Assembly (NCBI GenBank): GCA_951406725.2
Contig: OX597816.1
Span: forward strand, 117,800,001-117,864,000
Direction of reading: 5' to 3'
DNA length: 64,000 bases
Source of the DNA: Octopus vulgaris
Taxonomy: Eukaryota
Shown here: positions 14,167-28,857 of the stretch, piece by piece
Numbering within the stretch: position 1 is the stretch's first letter
How the letters are laid out: every line of letters begins with the position of its first letter
The notes under the pieces: generated by a model
What the model was told of the DNA's origin: nothing
What the model saw: the letters and a program-made list of their open reading frames with translations, nothing else
The model's database searches: none
Position numbers and translations under genes: made by a program

Positions 14167-14840
14167 ATGTATAAGAGTTATAGAGTAATTCTCTTACATA
14201 CATGCCTACATTCATTCATGCATAGACGCATATACATACATACACATACGCACACCGAAATACAAACACAGAATAAAGATTGGAATTATGATATTTTTAA
14301 TTTTGTAGTTACACTTGTTTCAATACAACACGAGAATTACCTTTCATGAATATAAACATCAAAATCAACATGAATACAATTAATTCATAATCTAATTATA
14401 TATACATATATTAAGTAAGCATGTGCAATTTATTAGGCTGAGAACTTATGTGGGTACTTAATAATGTCCACACGCGCGCACGCATATTATTATCATGTTA
14501 TGAATTCATTATATCCATATTGATATTCATCAATGTATATATATGTACTTTTATATGTATGCATATGCATGCATATGTAAGTGTGCACTTGTGCGTATAT
14601 GTGTGAATGTACTATGTCAAGTAAACTCCGGACATCGGAATGTAGAACAACGTGTTAGTTGTCACGTACGACATTTTTTTAATTTTAAGCCAGGGATCAC
14701 AGTTCCCAATTCCCCGACGCAGCTCACATTAGTTATATACTGAAGCCCACGTTCCATTTACAGACGTCTATAGGCTAATCTATTTATCTATCAATCTGTT
14801 TTATAAGTATAAACATACATATATAAACGTATGTGTATAC

Positions 14841-14891
<51 letters not shown>

Positions 14892-14922
14892 CATATATGT
14901 AATATATATTATATATAATATA

Positions 14923-14980
<58 letters not shown>

Positions 14981-16667
14981 CTTGTATGTATATTTATAGA
15001 TATACATAAACCCAAATACGGTGCACTAGAAAATGCCAAATATTATTTTCGTCTAGTTGTACTTCAGCAGATTTAGAAGCTTTTCTTTTAAGTATTTCTT
15101 GTTCAATGGAAAGAGGAGAAAGAAAATATAAGTGGAATCAGGGATTTCAGCTTGTACCAACCTTTTATAAAGTCTGGTTACACCAACTTGTTAGCAAGTC
15201 TGAAGCTAAGTACTGAGTCTAAGAATTATCTGTGTCAATTTTATGAACTCAATCTGAATTGTTTTTAACTCACAGAAGCCGCATTCAAAATAATGGAACT
15301 AAAGTGAATTGGTCATCTAATTAAAAGATAAGATTCCTCTATAATTCGTTTGGTTAGTTCCACATAATAAAAGTATGTTCATAAAAAGAATTTATTTAAG
15401 ACGTCTATCATGCAGAATAGCAGGAATTTAGACAAACTACGTTAATTCCGAAATTTATATTATACAAAATTTTGATTAATTATGCTTTAAGATTATAAAC
15501 TTCGGGAAGATTCAGTAAATTTTTCGTGATAGACTTTTGCCAATATAAATTGACGGACCGTCAATACTGCTGCTTATCTTTCTTTCAATATATTACAGTA
15601 CGAGGAGTTATAAATCAAGTTTTTCTTTATTATTTGGAAGTATTCTGGCCAATTCAACTGCAGATATCTCTGAGTCTAAAGCTTAATTAGGTACCAAATT
15701 CACTTTGGTAAAATTACTTTCAATAGAACTTCTGTCTGGCAATATCATTCTCAAAACTTAATTTCACTTCGTTTCTATGTATCGGAAAATGCTGTAGCCT
15801 TTTTTCAAAATGGTATTTCGAATTAAATTTTTCAGACTCTTTTAATATTAGATATTCCATTTATTAAAAAAAATGCTTTCTATTTCTTGATTTCTGTGAA
15901 ATTAATAGCAAAGATACCACAAATGTTGGCCCTATATTCTTACAGATGTAATTCTGAAGAATTAATTCGTGAATACTTCGTGCTTGGCTTAGCTAAATAA
16001 ACGCTATTTACATTGTCCAGTTTATGTAGCGTTCATCACAAGCTGTAAGTTGGTTTATAGAAAGAAACAATAATGAAAATAGTTAGTTATTTAATAAACC
16101 ATATGCTATAAAAATCTCGTTTCTCAAGAATTCTTTATAATTGAATAAAATATCCACATGGTAGTGGATGACTGTGAATGTGCTGCTTCTCATCTATCAT
16201 ACGCAGCAGGGCCTGGGTCAAATGACAATACAGACCAAAATGATTTGGGTTTATGTACCAGAAGGAATCATCTTTCCAATTGCCTTTTGTGTATGCCAAC
16301 AGGAAGAGTTAAACTCAACTTTACAAAATAACAAAATACATATAAAATTTTACTGTATAGGTACATATATTTTTTTTATTCAGAGCAGATAAAATGTATA
16401 AGGCTATTTAGAGATATATAATGTCTGTGACAGATATCCATAACCATGTTAAATACTTTGTCCTGGATGTCCAAACAAAAATCCTCTTGATTATTTATGC
16501 TTCCACTCTGAATATGTAAGTCTTTTTCAGATGCCCCATATTGTCAACGTCGCAAAAATTACATGATGGAGGACTTAGAATTCTTTGAGTAGTAAAGGTG
16601 TTATTCAACCTTAATATTCTGTTGGTTCCCCTCAAGGTCTAAATATGTTTTGTTATATAAAAGCGGC

Positions 16668-16850
16668 AAGGCGGTGAGCTGACAGAATCATTAGCACTCT
16701 GGACGAAATGCTTAGCGATATTTTGCTCGTCGCTACGTTCTCAGTTCAAATTCTGCCGAGGTCGACTTTACCTTTCATTCTTTTGGGGTCGTTAAATTAA
16801 GTACCAGTGAAACACTGGATCGATGTAATTTCAGGCCTTTAATAGAAAGG
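16668..16850 (+). mobile_element. SINE family B copy
   Basis: AAGGCGGTGAGCTGACAGAATC...GTTCAAATTCTGCCGAGGTCGACTTT...GGGGTCG.TAAATTAAGTACCAG. Confidence 0.8.
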
Positions 16851-18055
16851 ATTAGATAATAGCAGTTTCATATTTCGGATGACACACCTTGTAGCAATGA
16901 GGTTGTCAGCTTTATCTATGATTCCATATTTACACAATCTCTTCAGTTCTCAACCCACGGTGATGCTGTTTTCTTTCTATATCTCTTTTTGCTGAAACAG
17001 TAATGGATTCTAATTTTCCGACTACACATACTGCAACTGCCTGCTCTTTCTCACCACTGGTACTTTTGCGTGGAATATTATATATATTTTGATATGGACT
17101 TCTTCATTTTGAGACGCATTACACTATGGAACTTTTTCTTTCCAATATGTTCTCGCAATAAAGTAACTTGCATCTTTTCGAGCTACTTACGCACAAATTT
17201 AGCCCATTGCCACTCTTCTCTTCTGAAGAGGCTCCTATTTTGGGCTGTGAGCAATGAGTCTTTTTCTTTTTTCTAGGACACAGCGATAAGGAAAATAAAA
17301 CATTGTTTGCAACAAAATCGTATTTTTTTATCTGTTCATTTATTATTTACTGACCGGAAAGTCATCCGTACTCAGAGATCAACACGCCCATTAATTAATG
17401 ATGTTATCTACCCACAACAACAACAAAAATCAGTTTATAGAAACGATAATCTACAGAGAATAAAATTCTGTCACTATACGTCAGCACAAATGTTTATGAG
17501 GGACAAGATAATTGATTCTTCAATGCCTCTTGTTAAGGCAGAGCATTGTCATTGTTTTGGTTATTTCAAACGCTGTTTTAATATTTTTAACAATTGTTTC
17601 CACCTACTTGTGTTGTGCTGCAATCTTGATTAGAATTGCAATTTTATGGCCTTTATTATAAAGAACCAATTTTTTTTTATTCTTTACAACAAACGGGGAA
17701 TCCTGTTTTGGTTAATATTAACGAACTTTAGGCGGCTGTTGATATTGTCATAGCTCTTATTGTTATAATTGTTGCTATTATTATTATCGTTGCTATTGTT
17801 GCTATTATTGTTATTGTTCTTATAATTGCAGTGGTTGTTGCTTTAGTTGCATTACGGCAAATAGATGCCTCCCAGCTGTATTTGCTATTAAAACATTTTA
17901 TGACGATGATTATTTTATTCACAACCATCTTCTCTTTTTTTATCTGTTCCCCTACCTCTATGTTCTTTCCTTTCTCACCAGTCTCCATGCTTCCTTCTCC
18001 ATATCTCTTTTTCTCCATCTCTTTCTCTCTCCTTTTCTCACTCTTTTTCCATTTC

Positions 18056-18129
<74 letters not shown>

Positions 18130-18171
18130 TTCCTTTCTTTCTTTCTTCCTCCCATCTCTCTGTGTCTCTCC

Positions 18172-18222
<51 letters not shown>

Positions 18223-19439
18223 TATTCTGTTACTGATTATTTTTCTTGCTACTACATTTGAAATTTTGATATACAATTAAATTGATTTAGAATATTTCAA
18301 TTTATTAGTTTTTGTCTGTTTTCTTCATATCAAAATTCAAGTCTCCAGATTTATCGTTGAAAAGTTCATTAAATTACTGCTGAGCATTGAAGAATTGATA
18401 TGGATTCAGCGATGCATGACATCATTAACTTCAACAATGTAAACATCTTTCAATCCATTGACACAGACAGTATCAAAGCGAGATCACTCAGAGAATTGTG
18501 CAAGAAAATAATACGAGCAAACTCACCATGTGATCCTGGGTAAAAGAAGCAGATAGAAAGGATAACTATGTAATCTAACAAAAAAGCTGCTACCTGATCG
18601 TTCGACCTATTTGGACTTCGCTCAAATCGCATGTGAGTGTCTTTTTTTAAAGGAACGGTACTTTAAATAATGTAGTCCAGAATGTCACGGTCGGAACGCA
18701 TTTGGTTATAGGTTTACTGAATCTAAACCACAATTACGAGAAAAAGGCTCTTGTGCTAAAATGTATTCTAAAGTCTTGATGGAAAGTAATTAATTAATGA
18801 CAGAAAGGTGACAGCTGTTATTCACTTTCCATCGAGCACTCTTATGACGCGGAGGTACTTAGCCGAATAACAAGGAGCGATCGATATATCTTGCTTTTCA
18901 GTTACGCAATACTAGTTACTAATTGAGAACTTAACTGTGCATACAGCCATAAACTGCATGGAGTGCTATGTGACAAACTGGATTTATAGAGTGATGAGAT
19001 TTATATCTCGTTACTGCGGCTCTAACCTTTTTTTTTTTTGACACGGTACTGAAACCTTGCGATCTATTTATGAGACTGCAGAGTAGGTTAGATAGATGGT
19101 GTGGTGGAATGCCAAGTAGACATGGAGTTTCTTTCTTTCTTCTTTTCTTTCGCTGGTTTACTAATTGACAATAACGAAATCAAATCTGAATAAAAATAAA
19201 AACAAACTTACACTGTCACTGGCAGTATCAGCCGCAGCAGAAAATGAAGATGATGCTGAAGGAAGAAGAAAGAAGAAGAAGAAGAAGAAGAAGAAGAAGA
19301 AGAAGAAGAAGAAGAAGAAGAAGAATGTGGGAGTGCTATGATAGTAGTAGGATGTTAAATGGTCAAGTGCCCTGAAAGTGACTTGCTGTGGATGGTAGTA
19401 GTGATTACCATTCACAAGTCACTTTCAGGGCACTTGACC

Positions 19440-20005
19440 CTGGGTGTTGGAGTGGTAGGGGCAAGTGTGACAGTGTGGGCGAGAGCAGAGGAAATAGCCA
19501 GGCTGGGAGGCCAGGAGGTCACGCATGTTATAGGCTCTTTTGGAGGAGGGAAGGGGTAGGTTAGGGAAGATGTGCGAGGTGGAGGGGGTCGGACTGGAGT
19601 CGCCGGAAGGCTCGGAGAATGGTGCGTTGGAGGGGTAGTGTGGAGGGGTGGTAAGTGAGGGGAACGGGAGACGGGTACGGGTGGGGTGGGTACAAGGAGA
19701 AAGAGCAGAGGCACGGTACACAGATCATGTCCGGTAAGGGCAGTGTGGATAATTGTGAGGGGATATCCACGTAGGATGAAGTGGCAGCCATGAGTTGAGA
19801 CTGAGTTTCAAAGTTATAGTCGTAACTGCAGAACCTACGTAGACGGAGAAACTGGCAGTAGGAGATGGAGAAATTGGTGTGGGAGGGTGAGAGGAAGAGA
19901 AGTTAAGGTAGGAGTGTGAGTCAATGTGTTTTTTAGTGGATGGAAGTAGTGAGAGCAGAGTGGTGGATGTTGACAGAAATGTCAAGAAATTCGACGATGG
20001 TTCGA
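19440..20005 (-). pseudogene. Neptune-type PLE fragment (RT thumb and Cys-rich linker)
   Basis: EFLDISVNIHHSALTTSIH*KHIDSHSYLNFSSSHP, YCQFLRLRRFCS, PLTYHPSTLPLQRTILRAFRRLQSDP and CSRPHCHTCPY across frameshifts; 5' end abuts (TATC)n. Confidence 0.8.
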
Positions 20006-20037
20006 GATAGATAGATAGACAGACAGTTAGTCAGAGG

Positions 20038-20124
<87 letters not shown>

Positions 20125-20209
20125 TGTGAAAGTGAGATAAACATAACGAAAACGCATTCTATTTGTAACCATGGAAAGATTGACAGACACAAATTACTTA
20201 TTATGCAGA

Positions 20210-20555
20210 CCAAAAATTTCTATTATGCAATCCATGCAATCAAAAAATCTTCTTCACGCTACTTTAAAACATTTTACGGCGCAATACAGACAGTAACCAC
20301 TTCTTAGTAAAAGCACTATCAAAATCTCCAATTCAGCCACTGACAATTTTGCCCTAAACACGCAAACTCCAACATCTCTTAGCTCAACAAGCACAAGCGT
20401 CTAATAGAGAATGCAATTGTTCGAATTCTAAGCAGGAAATAGTCAAACAAGGACATTGTGTATCAGTGTAGCGCACATATCACTATGGTATCAAACCATT
20501 TCGAGCGAAGATACTTCTCTCAAGATCAGACATTAAACAACCCAGAAACTAACTA
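20210..20555 (+). pseudogene. very decayed Naiad-type linker/GIY-YIG fragment
   Basis: ECNC..., KDIVYQC and MVSNHFERRY resemble CNC...RDLVYKC...MTSNSFKTRW at 30.4 kb. Confidence 0.45.
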
Positions 20556-20859
20556 GACCCGGCAATTGTTCAGGTTCAAGTGGCATGGCTACCCCGTGAG
20601 GAAATGCGAGTAAAAGAAGAAAAAATTATTTAAAAAATGTTAAGAAATATTTTAAGGGAAAGGGGATACGTTCCTCGTAGAATCTTGGTTATGGTCCTTT
20701 AACCTGTTAAATGAAGAAAATTGTTAATGATGTATTTTACATCTATAAAAAAACAGCAACAACTATACCTTCAAGCAGTAGCCGAATGGCAGGAAAGATT
20801 AAAATCCATTAAAATGTGTGTAATCTGATGAAGGATGCGAGTTTCAGTTCAATAACAGA

Positions 20860-21490
20860 AACTTGTCGAGTTGCATACACCTTGTAAAATTTTCTTATCT
20901 CGAGTGTAGAATGACGGTGAAGCTCTTCAATCTAATAAGAATGCATGTCCTTTCAGCTATAGGGAGCCTGCACTTCTTTTACCCTTTAGCGCATGGCCTA
21001 GATCTCTGTACGACGCTTATGTGGGGTACTACTGTCTTTCAGGTTCCATATATTGTTTGTTAGATTTGTGTCTTTCTTTTTGCCTACAGGTTTAAAAGAA
21101 GACTGATGATTGGTGCATCTCTTTTTCAAATCCTTTTCGCACAATCCAATATATTTTCCCTTTCGGTTCCCTTATTTGCTGCAAAGGTGATGAGCTCCGC
21201 TTCACAGACAACTGAGCTGACTATGTATGCCTACTGGGAAAGTAACTGGTTTCCTGCTGTTATAGTCTGAAGTAGGCATCATGTCTGATTTACCTGAAAC
21301 GATGTTTCTCATATTAGAGCCGCAGCTGTAGAAAACTTTCAGAGAACGTCCATTCAAGATTTTTTTATCTATGATTATTGGGGAAGTGTTAAAGCCGGGG
21401 ATAATTTCAAGTATATTGACTCTCAGGTGGTGTTACTGGAAACTTACTTCCTGAATAGGCACAACCAGACATTGCTTAACTCCTAGTAGC
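20860..21490 (-). pseudogene. decayed Naiad-type GIY-YIG endonuclease fragment
   Basis: KYIGLCEKDLKKRCTNHQSSFK...DTNL...IWNLKD...KCRLPIAERTCIL...ILHSR*ENFTRCM, with frameshifts. Confidence 0.7.
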
Positions 21491-24400
21491 AGTGGAAAAT
21501 AGAAGGAACACCTTTAATTTTCTAGTAGCGCTATTTTAGCATACCTATACTATTAATACTGTTTTGAATTGAGCTAGAACTTGTTGAACAAAGAAAAATA
21601 GCGAGAGAAATTAATTCAATTGCTATCAGTATTATTATATGTTCATAAATGTGGACCGACGAAACAAAGTGTGCTATGAAGAAATCATTTAATATGTGAA
21701 CTGTTTGCGATAGCATTTCAGTCATTACGAAGTTAGTTCTGAACACCGCCGAAGATGAACATGATTCAAATACATGACTGAGGCAGTGCATCCTTTCTGA
21801 AAGGAAACCAAAAAAATCAAGGGGCGTTACAAGCTCAGTTTATTTAGTGGAATAATATCCATTCAGTGAAGAACATTTCCAAACAAAACAAATGAAAATA
21901 GAATAAAATATTATACAATGCAACCTAGTTCATAGATGATTATGTATATAATTTTATCCCAGTTCATACCACCTTTGTAATATGCAGGTTTCTTTCCAGA
22001 GGGAAATAGGAGTGAAAATTAATTTGGAAACTCTAAAACTTAGAAAAGATAGGAGCATGATTTCACTCGGATATCTGACGTTATCTTTTAAATAATGTTC
22101 TCTGAGATATCAGTTACCTAGGATATTTGATATAATCTTCTAGAATAGGCAGTTTGTGTTATCTCTCGTTACGATAATACAGTGTCATCATTGTTTCTGA
22201 AACAACGAACAGACCTATTTGAAAGAAAGAGTTTCTCTTTTTATTACATGTTTGTGCAAATATCCAATGCGTGTGTGTTTCTGCAAGTGTATAAGAATGT
22301 GTAACTGTGTGTGAACATATGTGTACGAATATAATACTATAAATATGTTATATCACTTCATCCTCTATATCATAACTATAAAACTAAAATGAATATTCAT
22401 CAACGACTGTAGGAAACAGAATCAAAAAGTGTTTGTCCTTTTCTCGGTCCCTGCTAATGATTTCTCAAGTAACGAACATATGACATATTTAGAAAAAATT
22501 ATCGTATAATTATAGAGTGAATAGATATCTGAACTATTCCAATACAGTTTAGCCAATAACGTCTGATTTCTATATAGGAAAACGTCCAATGTCATTCAAT
22601 ACCATTGCCCTATCAATGTCTTTCGATTGCTTCTTCAAAAATTTGTTCTGTTAACACTTTGTTGATCTGACGAAGTCATAGTTATTTTAGAGACAACTTA
22701 GTTTGACTAGTTTACACACCAGTTTGGAGATAAAGATTTATTAAAGTTATAACAAAGTGAAATGCGAAAAATATATCGATAGTTGAGTAAGATTACCTTC
22801 AATTTCCCGGCTTCTAATAGCTATTCTATATTTCGATCGCTTTCAGATACCTTGTTTGAATATATACAAATGGTACATTCGGCCATTCAGTCATTTTTTT
22901 TTTTTTTTTTTGCTAATGCTGTTAATGGTTCTTAAGAGTATTGAAGCCTTGCTTTCGAAATAATGGACGATTTGCTCACGTAATAACTCATTTAAAAATA
23001 CTGAATTATAATTAATTCAATAGTAAATCTTTTTAAGTCCATTAATATTGTGCATTCGTGTCAAAATTCTTGGTACATAACCAACTTACCTTGCTGAGTT
23101 TCCTGATTTTTCTCTTGCAAGAATAATTCCTTTCTAACAATATATTTGAAGTAAAAGAGTGCTTGGTGTAGATGTCTAGTATCAAAGAATGGAGAGAAAA
23201 TTGTGATTAGTTTGTTAGCGAGTATTTTGTTGCCAATAAAGCCATTTAGAATAAATAGGATTGAAGTGAATATAGTCCGAAGCAGACAAGTTTTGCTGCT
23301 GTAGTTACTGCTACTGTTTTTGTTGTTGTTGTCGTCGTCGTCGTTGTTGTTATTGCTGCTGCTGTAGTTACAGCTACCGTTGTTGTTGTTACATTTCATT
23401 CTTCTATGGAATACGTCTGCTGTTTTTTTTTTAAATTCAGGCGTGAATGCTAACGAATCACTCGTCATTTATATGTCTTTCCCACCACCTAGCCAAAACG
23501 ACTCCGCCGCAACCAGGCCAACGCAAAGTTTACCAGTCAAAGCTGTCATAGTACCATTACCAGCCCCGTGCACTATTACTTTCACTAAAACAGCAGACAA
23601 ACACAAAATCCAAAACGGTTCATTTAATAACAACTAACACCACCACAACTGACTGCCATTATTTCCACTACAGCGGTCAAATCCATCACCAGCGAAAGCA
23701 GTAACAATAGTAACACCAGAAACATCAAAAACTATAGTCAGGTAGTTAAATCACTAGGATCATTTACTAGTGCTGCTCGAATAACTGAAATCTTGAGTTG
23801 TCGAGAGAAATAATTAAAGAAGGAAAATCATTCCTCAAATGTTATTGAAGAGGAGTAAAATTAGTGGTTCCCACTCACGTTATCGATCAACTTAATCGAT
23901 ACACCAGTAACTTAACATTGCATTGGCTTTAAGAGTTGGCAGGTTGAAAGGCTGCCTCAAGGGCTGGTAAAAAGGTATCCAAAGCCAATGTGGAAGCAAA
24001 AACGTACCTCACGCGCGGCAAACAGGTTGATTAAATTAATGTTAGATTTTGGTCTTCAATCATTAACCAGGAAGTATTCTGCAACCCCAAATAAAAAATG
24101 AGTAGTTTATCCTCATCCCATTACATATGGGCAAACGATGTGCCACTAGGAATAGATATCTGATGATTGTTGGGGGCTGTCCGATGACGAAGATAAGGCA
24201 ATATTGACGCTTCACAAGAGGCATTCAGAAAACTGGTTGGGTATAGGCATGGAACTATTCCTCCAGATGAATCAAGAGAAGCCCGAAGATACTTCTGATC
24301 TCATAGAATTGATAAATGACACCAGTTTGGTAGTGATATAGCGGGCAGAATCCCAAGATATCGTTTCTATAGAGCGAACCAACCATTTAAGGTTTTTTTC

Positions 24401-24933
24401 TGCGTAGAACAGAGGCTAAATGAAAAATAGGCCCACCACAACCAACGTCACAAAGTGATAAACAAGAACAAAAGCAACAATATGCAACCACAACAACAAT
24501 AGTAACAATGGTAATTGGAACGATTAAAATCAGAAACATCAACCACGAAAGCAGAAGCAGTAGTAACAACAGAGGCAGCAGAACAAACAGAAACAGCAAC
24601 AGAACCACGTGTAAGGACAACTAAAACAACAACAGGAACAACATCGTCAATATCAACAACAGAATGCAACCCCCAACACAATACAACAGATCGCTCAGAT
24701 GTATCCTGTATTGAGTTTAACAAAGATGGAAAATTCAGAACTATCAGAGAAAGAAGGCAAAGCAAAGAGAAAAGGGCAAAAAAATCCTTCCTCACAAAGT
24801 GGCAGAAGATTTGAAAGGGGGGCGATTTGAATAGAATAGAATAACCAGCATCAACTTCTCCACTTCTCCATCACCACCATCATCTCATCACCACAGGCAT
24901 CAATACTGCAAACATTAAAACAAACGCAAATTT

Positions 24934-25064
24934 CTCCTCCTCCTCCTCCTCCTCCTCCTCCTCCTCCTTCTTCTTCTTCTTCTTCTTCTTCTTCTTCTTC
25001 TTCTTCTTCTTCTTCTTCTTCTTCTTCTTCTTCTTCTTCTTCTTCTTCTTCTTCTTCTTCTTCT
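24934..25064. repeat. (CTC)n(TTC)n microsatellite
   Basis: Read directly. Confidence 0.95.
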
Positions 25065-25391
25065 CTGCCAAGAATTCACAACGACCTCGAACCCACAAGA
25101 ATAAACAAGAGAGAGACAGAGACAGGCAGAAACAAGGAAAATGCCCCTTATATATCAATATTATGCAAATATTCTTTTTAAAAACTTTTCATTTAATTTT
25201 TCCAAAATTTAATTGTTTTCCATACATACAGTTGAAAAAGTCTCAATGACCGAAACCGATACTGAAATGTTTTTTTATAAAATTATTTTAGCATTTTCTA
25301 CCTAGACTTTTTCCATATATATATCAACTCGTGTGTTTCTTTGCGACCTTCTACACGCACACACACACACACGCACGCACACACACACACG

Positions 25392-25435
<44 letters not shown>

Positions 25436-25438
25436 CAC

Positions 25439-25468
<30 letters not shown>

Positions 25469-25474
<6 letters not shown>

Positions 25475-26419
25475 ATTTCCTTGGTTTTGTGTTTCGTTTC
25501 TCATTGTGTTCGACGTTTTCTTGGCGTCCTGTACCCATATATGCATGTGTATATACATGTAGAGGTAGGTACGTACATATATGTATGTATATACGCTTAT
25601 GTTTTATCTATTTATTAATTTATTATATGACAGAACGCAGGCATCCCTTTCTAAGTAAGATTGTTCTTAATATTAAAAATGACGCGCACTCTTAACCTTT
25701 CTCTCCCCTCCCTTTCTCAGCCTTCATTCTTTTGGCTTTCCTTTTCTTCTACCTTACTGTCTCTCCCTCTCTGTCTTATTCTTCACTCTTTTCTCTACAA
25801 CCATTCCCGCTTTTTTCTCTCCCTTTCCCTTACTCCTCCTCTTCCCTCCCGTCGCGGTCACGTGATGAGATGGCTATTTCTGTCTTTCTTCTCCTGGACT
25901 CCGTCAAATAGAGACGGTAATCTGTTGCTCTCTGCCGTCCTCAAACAATAGCGTTCGTAAATTTATTTTTATCTCGTTTGGCTTAACAGCCCTTCTTGTT
26001 TGTGTTACTGTTATTCTCTGTCCTGTCTTTTACTGTTTATATTTTCTACTGTCGTTACTGTCCTGTTTTTGTTACCATATTTACCCCTCCGCAAAAAATC
26101 TCAAATTTTATTTAATTTGATATTCGCGGGAAGGAAAATTTCATTGAAGTCATGTATCGCCTTGACCTTCGAAACGTGGAGTAGATGAAATTAAGGCGAC
26201 TGAAGAAGGGGAATTTTCCTTGTTTTGTATGTCCTGTACTCTATTTTTTCGTTGTTTTAAAAAAATGTCCATTTCCTTGGTTTTGTGTTTATGTTTTCGT
26301 TTCTCATTGTGTTCGGCGTTTTTTGGTGTCCTGTACCCATATATGCATGTATATATACATGTAGAGGTAGGTACGTACATATATGTATGTATATATGCAT
26401 ATGTTTTATTTATTTATTA

Positions 26420-26425
<6 letters not shown>
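25469..26425 (+). mobile_element. non-coding element bounded by ~155-bp direct repeats (PLE pseudo-LTR-like) between TA tracts
   Basis: 25469-25623 and 26265-26425 are near-identical (ATGTCCATTTCCTTGGTTTTGTGTTT...GTAGAGGTAGGTACGTAC...TATTAATTTAT). Confidence 0.6.
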
Positions 26426-26512
<87 letters not shown>

Positions 26513-26593
26513 TCCCGGGTTGATTCGGGGTTAACCACAGTAAGTAAGGTACTCAATACATAGCAGAGTAAAATTAATTTATTATATAGAAGG

Positions 26594-26644
26594 AGCTTCT
26601 ACAGGACTAGTACTGTTTCATTCAAGAGAAATCTTCAGGAAGCT
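26594..26644 (-). ncRNA. type I hammerhead ribozyme
   Basis: On the - strand: stem I AGCTTC, core CTGAAGA, stem II (T)TTC-TCTT-GAA(T), GAAA, stem III CAG-TACTAGTC-CTG, GUA cleavage triplet, stem I GAAGCT. Confidence 0.85.
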
Positions 26645-27030
26645 ATTTAACAAGAATTGTATTAGCATTTATACATTTAGAGGAGTGGTGGTGGGGGACT
26701 TTTTGGGGGTAGGCATAGCGCAAAATATCATACTTGGGGGAGTGGTCAAGGTAATAAAAAAATAAAAAAATAAAAAATAAAAAAATAAAAATAAAAAGAT
26801 AAAATAAAAGAATAAAAATAAAAAATATAAAAAAAATATAAAAAATATAAAAAATATAAAAAATATATATAAAAAAATATATAAAAAAATATATATATAA
26901 AATATATATATAAAATATATATATAAAAAAAAGGGGGGATAGAGTTATAGGTAAATAAGGAGATTCTCACTTATACCTACACACACATGTATACGTATCT
27001 ACACACACATACGCACATACACATATATCT

Positions 27031-27085
<55 letters not shown>

Positions 27086-27544
27086 CCTACACATACACAC
27101 ATACATACATACAAATATACATATACATATATATATATATACAATCCAATACAGGCCCATTCCCTAATTTTAATTTTATTATCTTCATTTATTACTTTTG
27201 TTATCTTTGATCGCTAGGGCTAAGAATCCTGGCAATAGCTGCTTGTCCGTTTGTCTGTCTACTAGAAGGCAAGTACTCATTCCCGCACGCACACTCATTA
27301 GCACGTACATTCACCCATTCGTACACTCATACACATACACGTACGCACGCGTTATATTCATACATACAAACATCTACATACGTTCACGTATATACACATA
27401 CGTACTCGTACCTACAGATACGTGTCTACACTTTAGGAGGCTAGTCTATACATATACACCAATAAATATACATATATATATATATATATATACCCGCATA
27501 TACATACACACACACACATATATACTCCTACATACAGATACATA

Positions 27545-27592
<48 letters not shown>

Positions 27593-27800
27593 TATACATA
27601 TACATACATATATACACATACATACACATACACACATACACATACACACACATACATACACATATATATACATACACAAACATATATACACACACATATA
27701 TATACATACACACATACACACATACATACGTATACATACATACATACATCTATACATCCATACTTACATGCATTTATACGCATACACACACCCATCTATA

Positions 27801-27837
<37 letters not shown>

Positions 27838-28116
27838 TCACACATACATATACAAATCTACGCACACACATACGTACATACACGTATACGCATACACGCA
27901 CATACACATATACATGCGTACCCATACACGTGCACACACGCACGCGCATCCATATAAATACACACACACACATATATATATACACGTGTGCAAGCATACA
28001 TACATACTCATACGCGCACACATACTTACAAATACATATATGCACACACTTACACACATATATATACATACACATATACATGCATACATACATATATGCA
28101 TACATACACACACGCA

Positions 28117-28164
<48 letters not shown>

Positions 28165-28812
28165 TACACATATATATACATACATAGACATACATACACA
28201 TACATACACATACACATACGTACACACACATATACACATATATATATATACATATATATATACATATACACATATACGCATACATATATACACATATACA
28301 TACATATACATACACACACACATACATATATACATATACACTGATACACATACCCATACATACACATGCCTATACTTATATTACTACATACTCACATATA
28401 TAGACATATATACATATACACACATACATATATACATGTACATACACATACGCATGCATATATATATATATATATATATACATATATATACACATATATA
28501 TATATATACATATATATACATACATACACATACACACACACATACATATACACATATACATGTATACATACGCAAAAATGATACGCATATATACACATAC
28601 ACACACACAGACAGATGCATATACATACATATATATATATATAAACTACATATCTATATAAATACATACATAATACACATATACACACACATATATATAC
28701 ATTCATGCATATACATATACAAGTATACATACACAAACATACACACACACGCGCACACATACATATACACACACACATATACAAATACATACATGCACAC
28801 ATACACACACAC

Positions 28813-28857
<45 letters not shown>

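Noticed and set aside
20825-20870. CTGATGA...GAAACTTGTC hammerhead-like string
   Set aside because: No stem I or stem II pairing, and it overlaps the antisense of decayed coding sequence.
24515-24814. Thr/Glu-rich mucin-like ORF
   Set aside because: It derives from a degenerate (ACA/GCA)n trinucleotide tract with no ATG start or domain.
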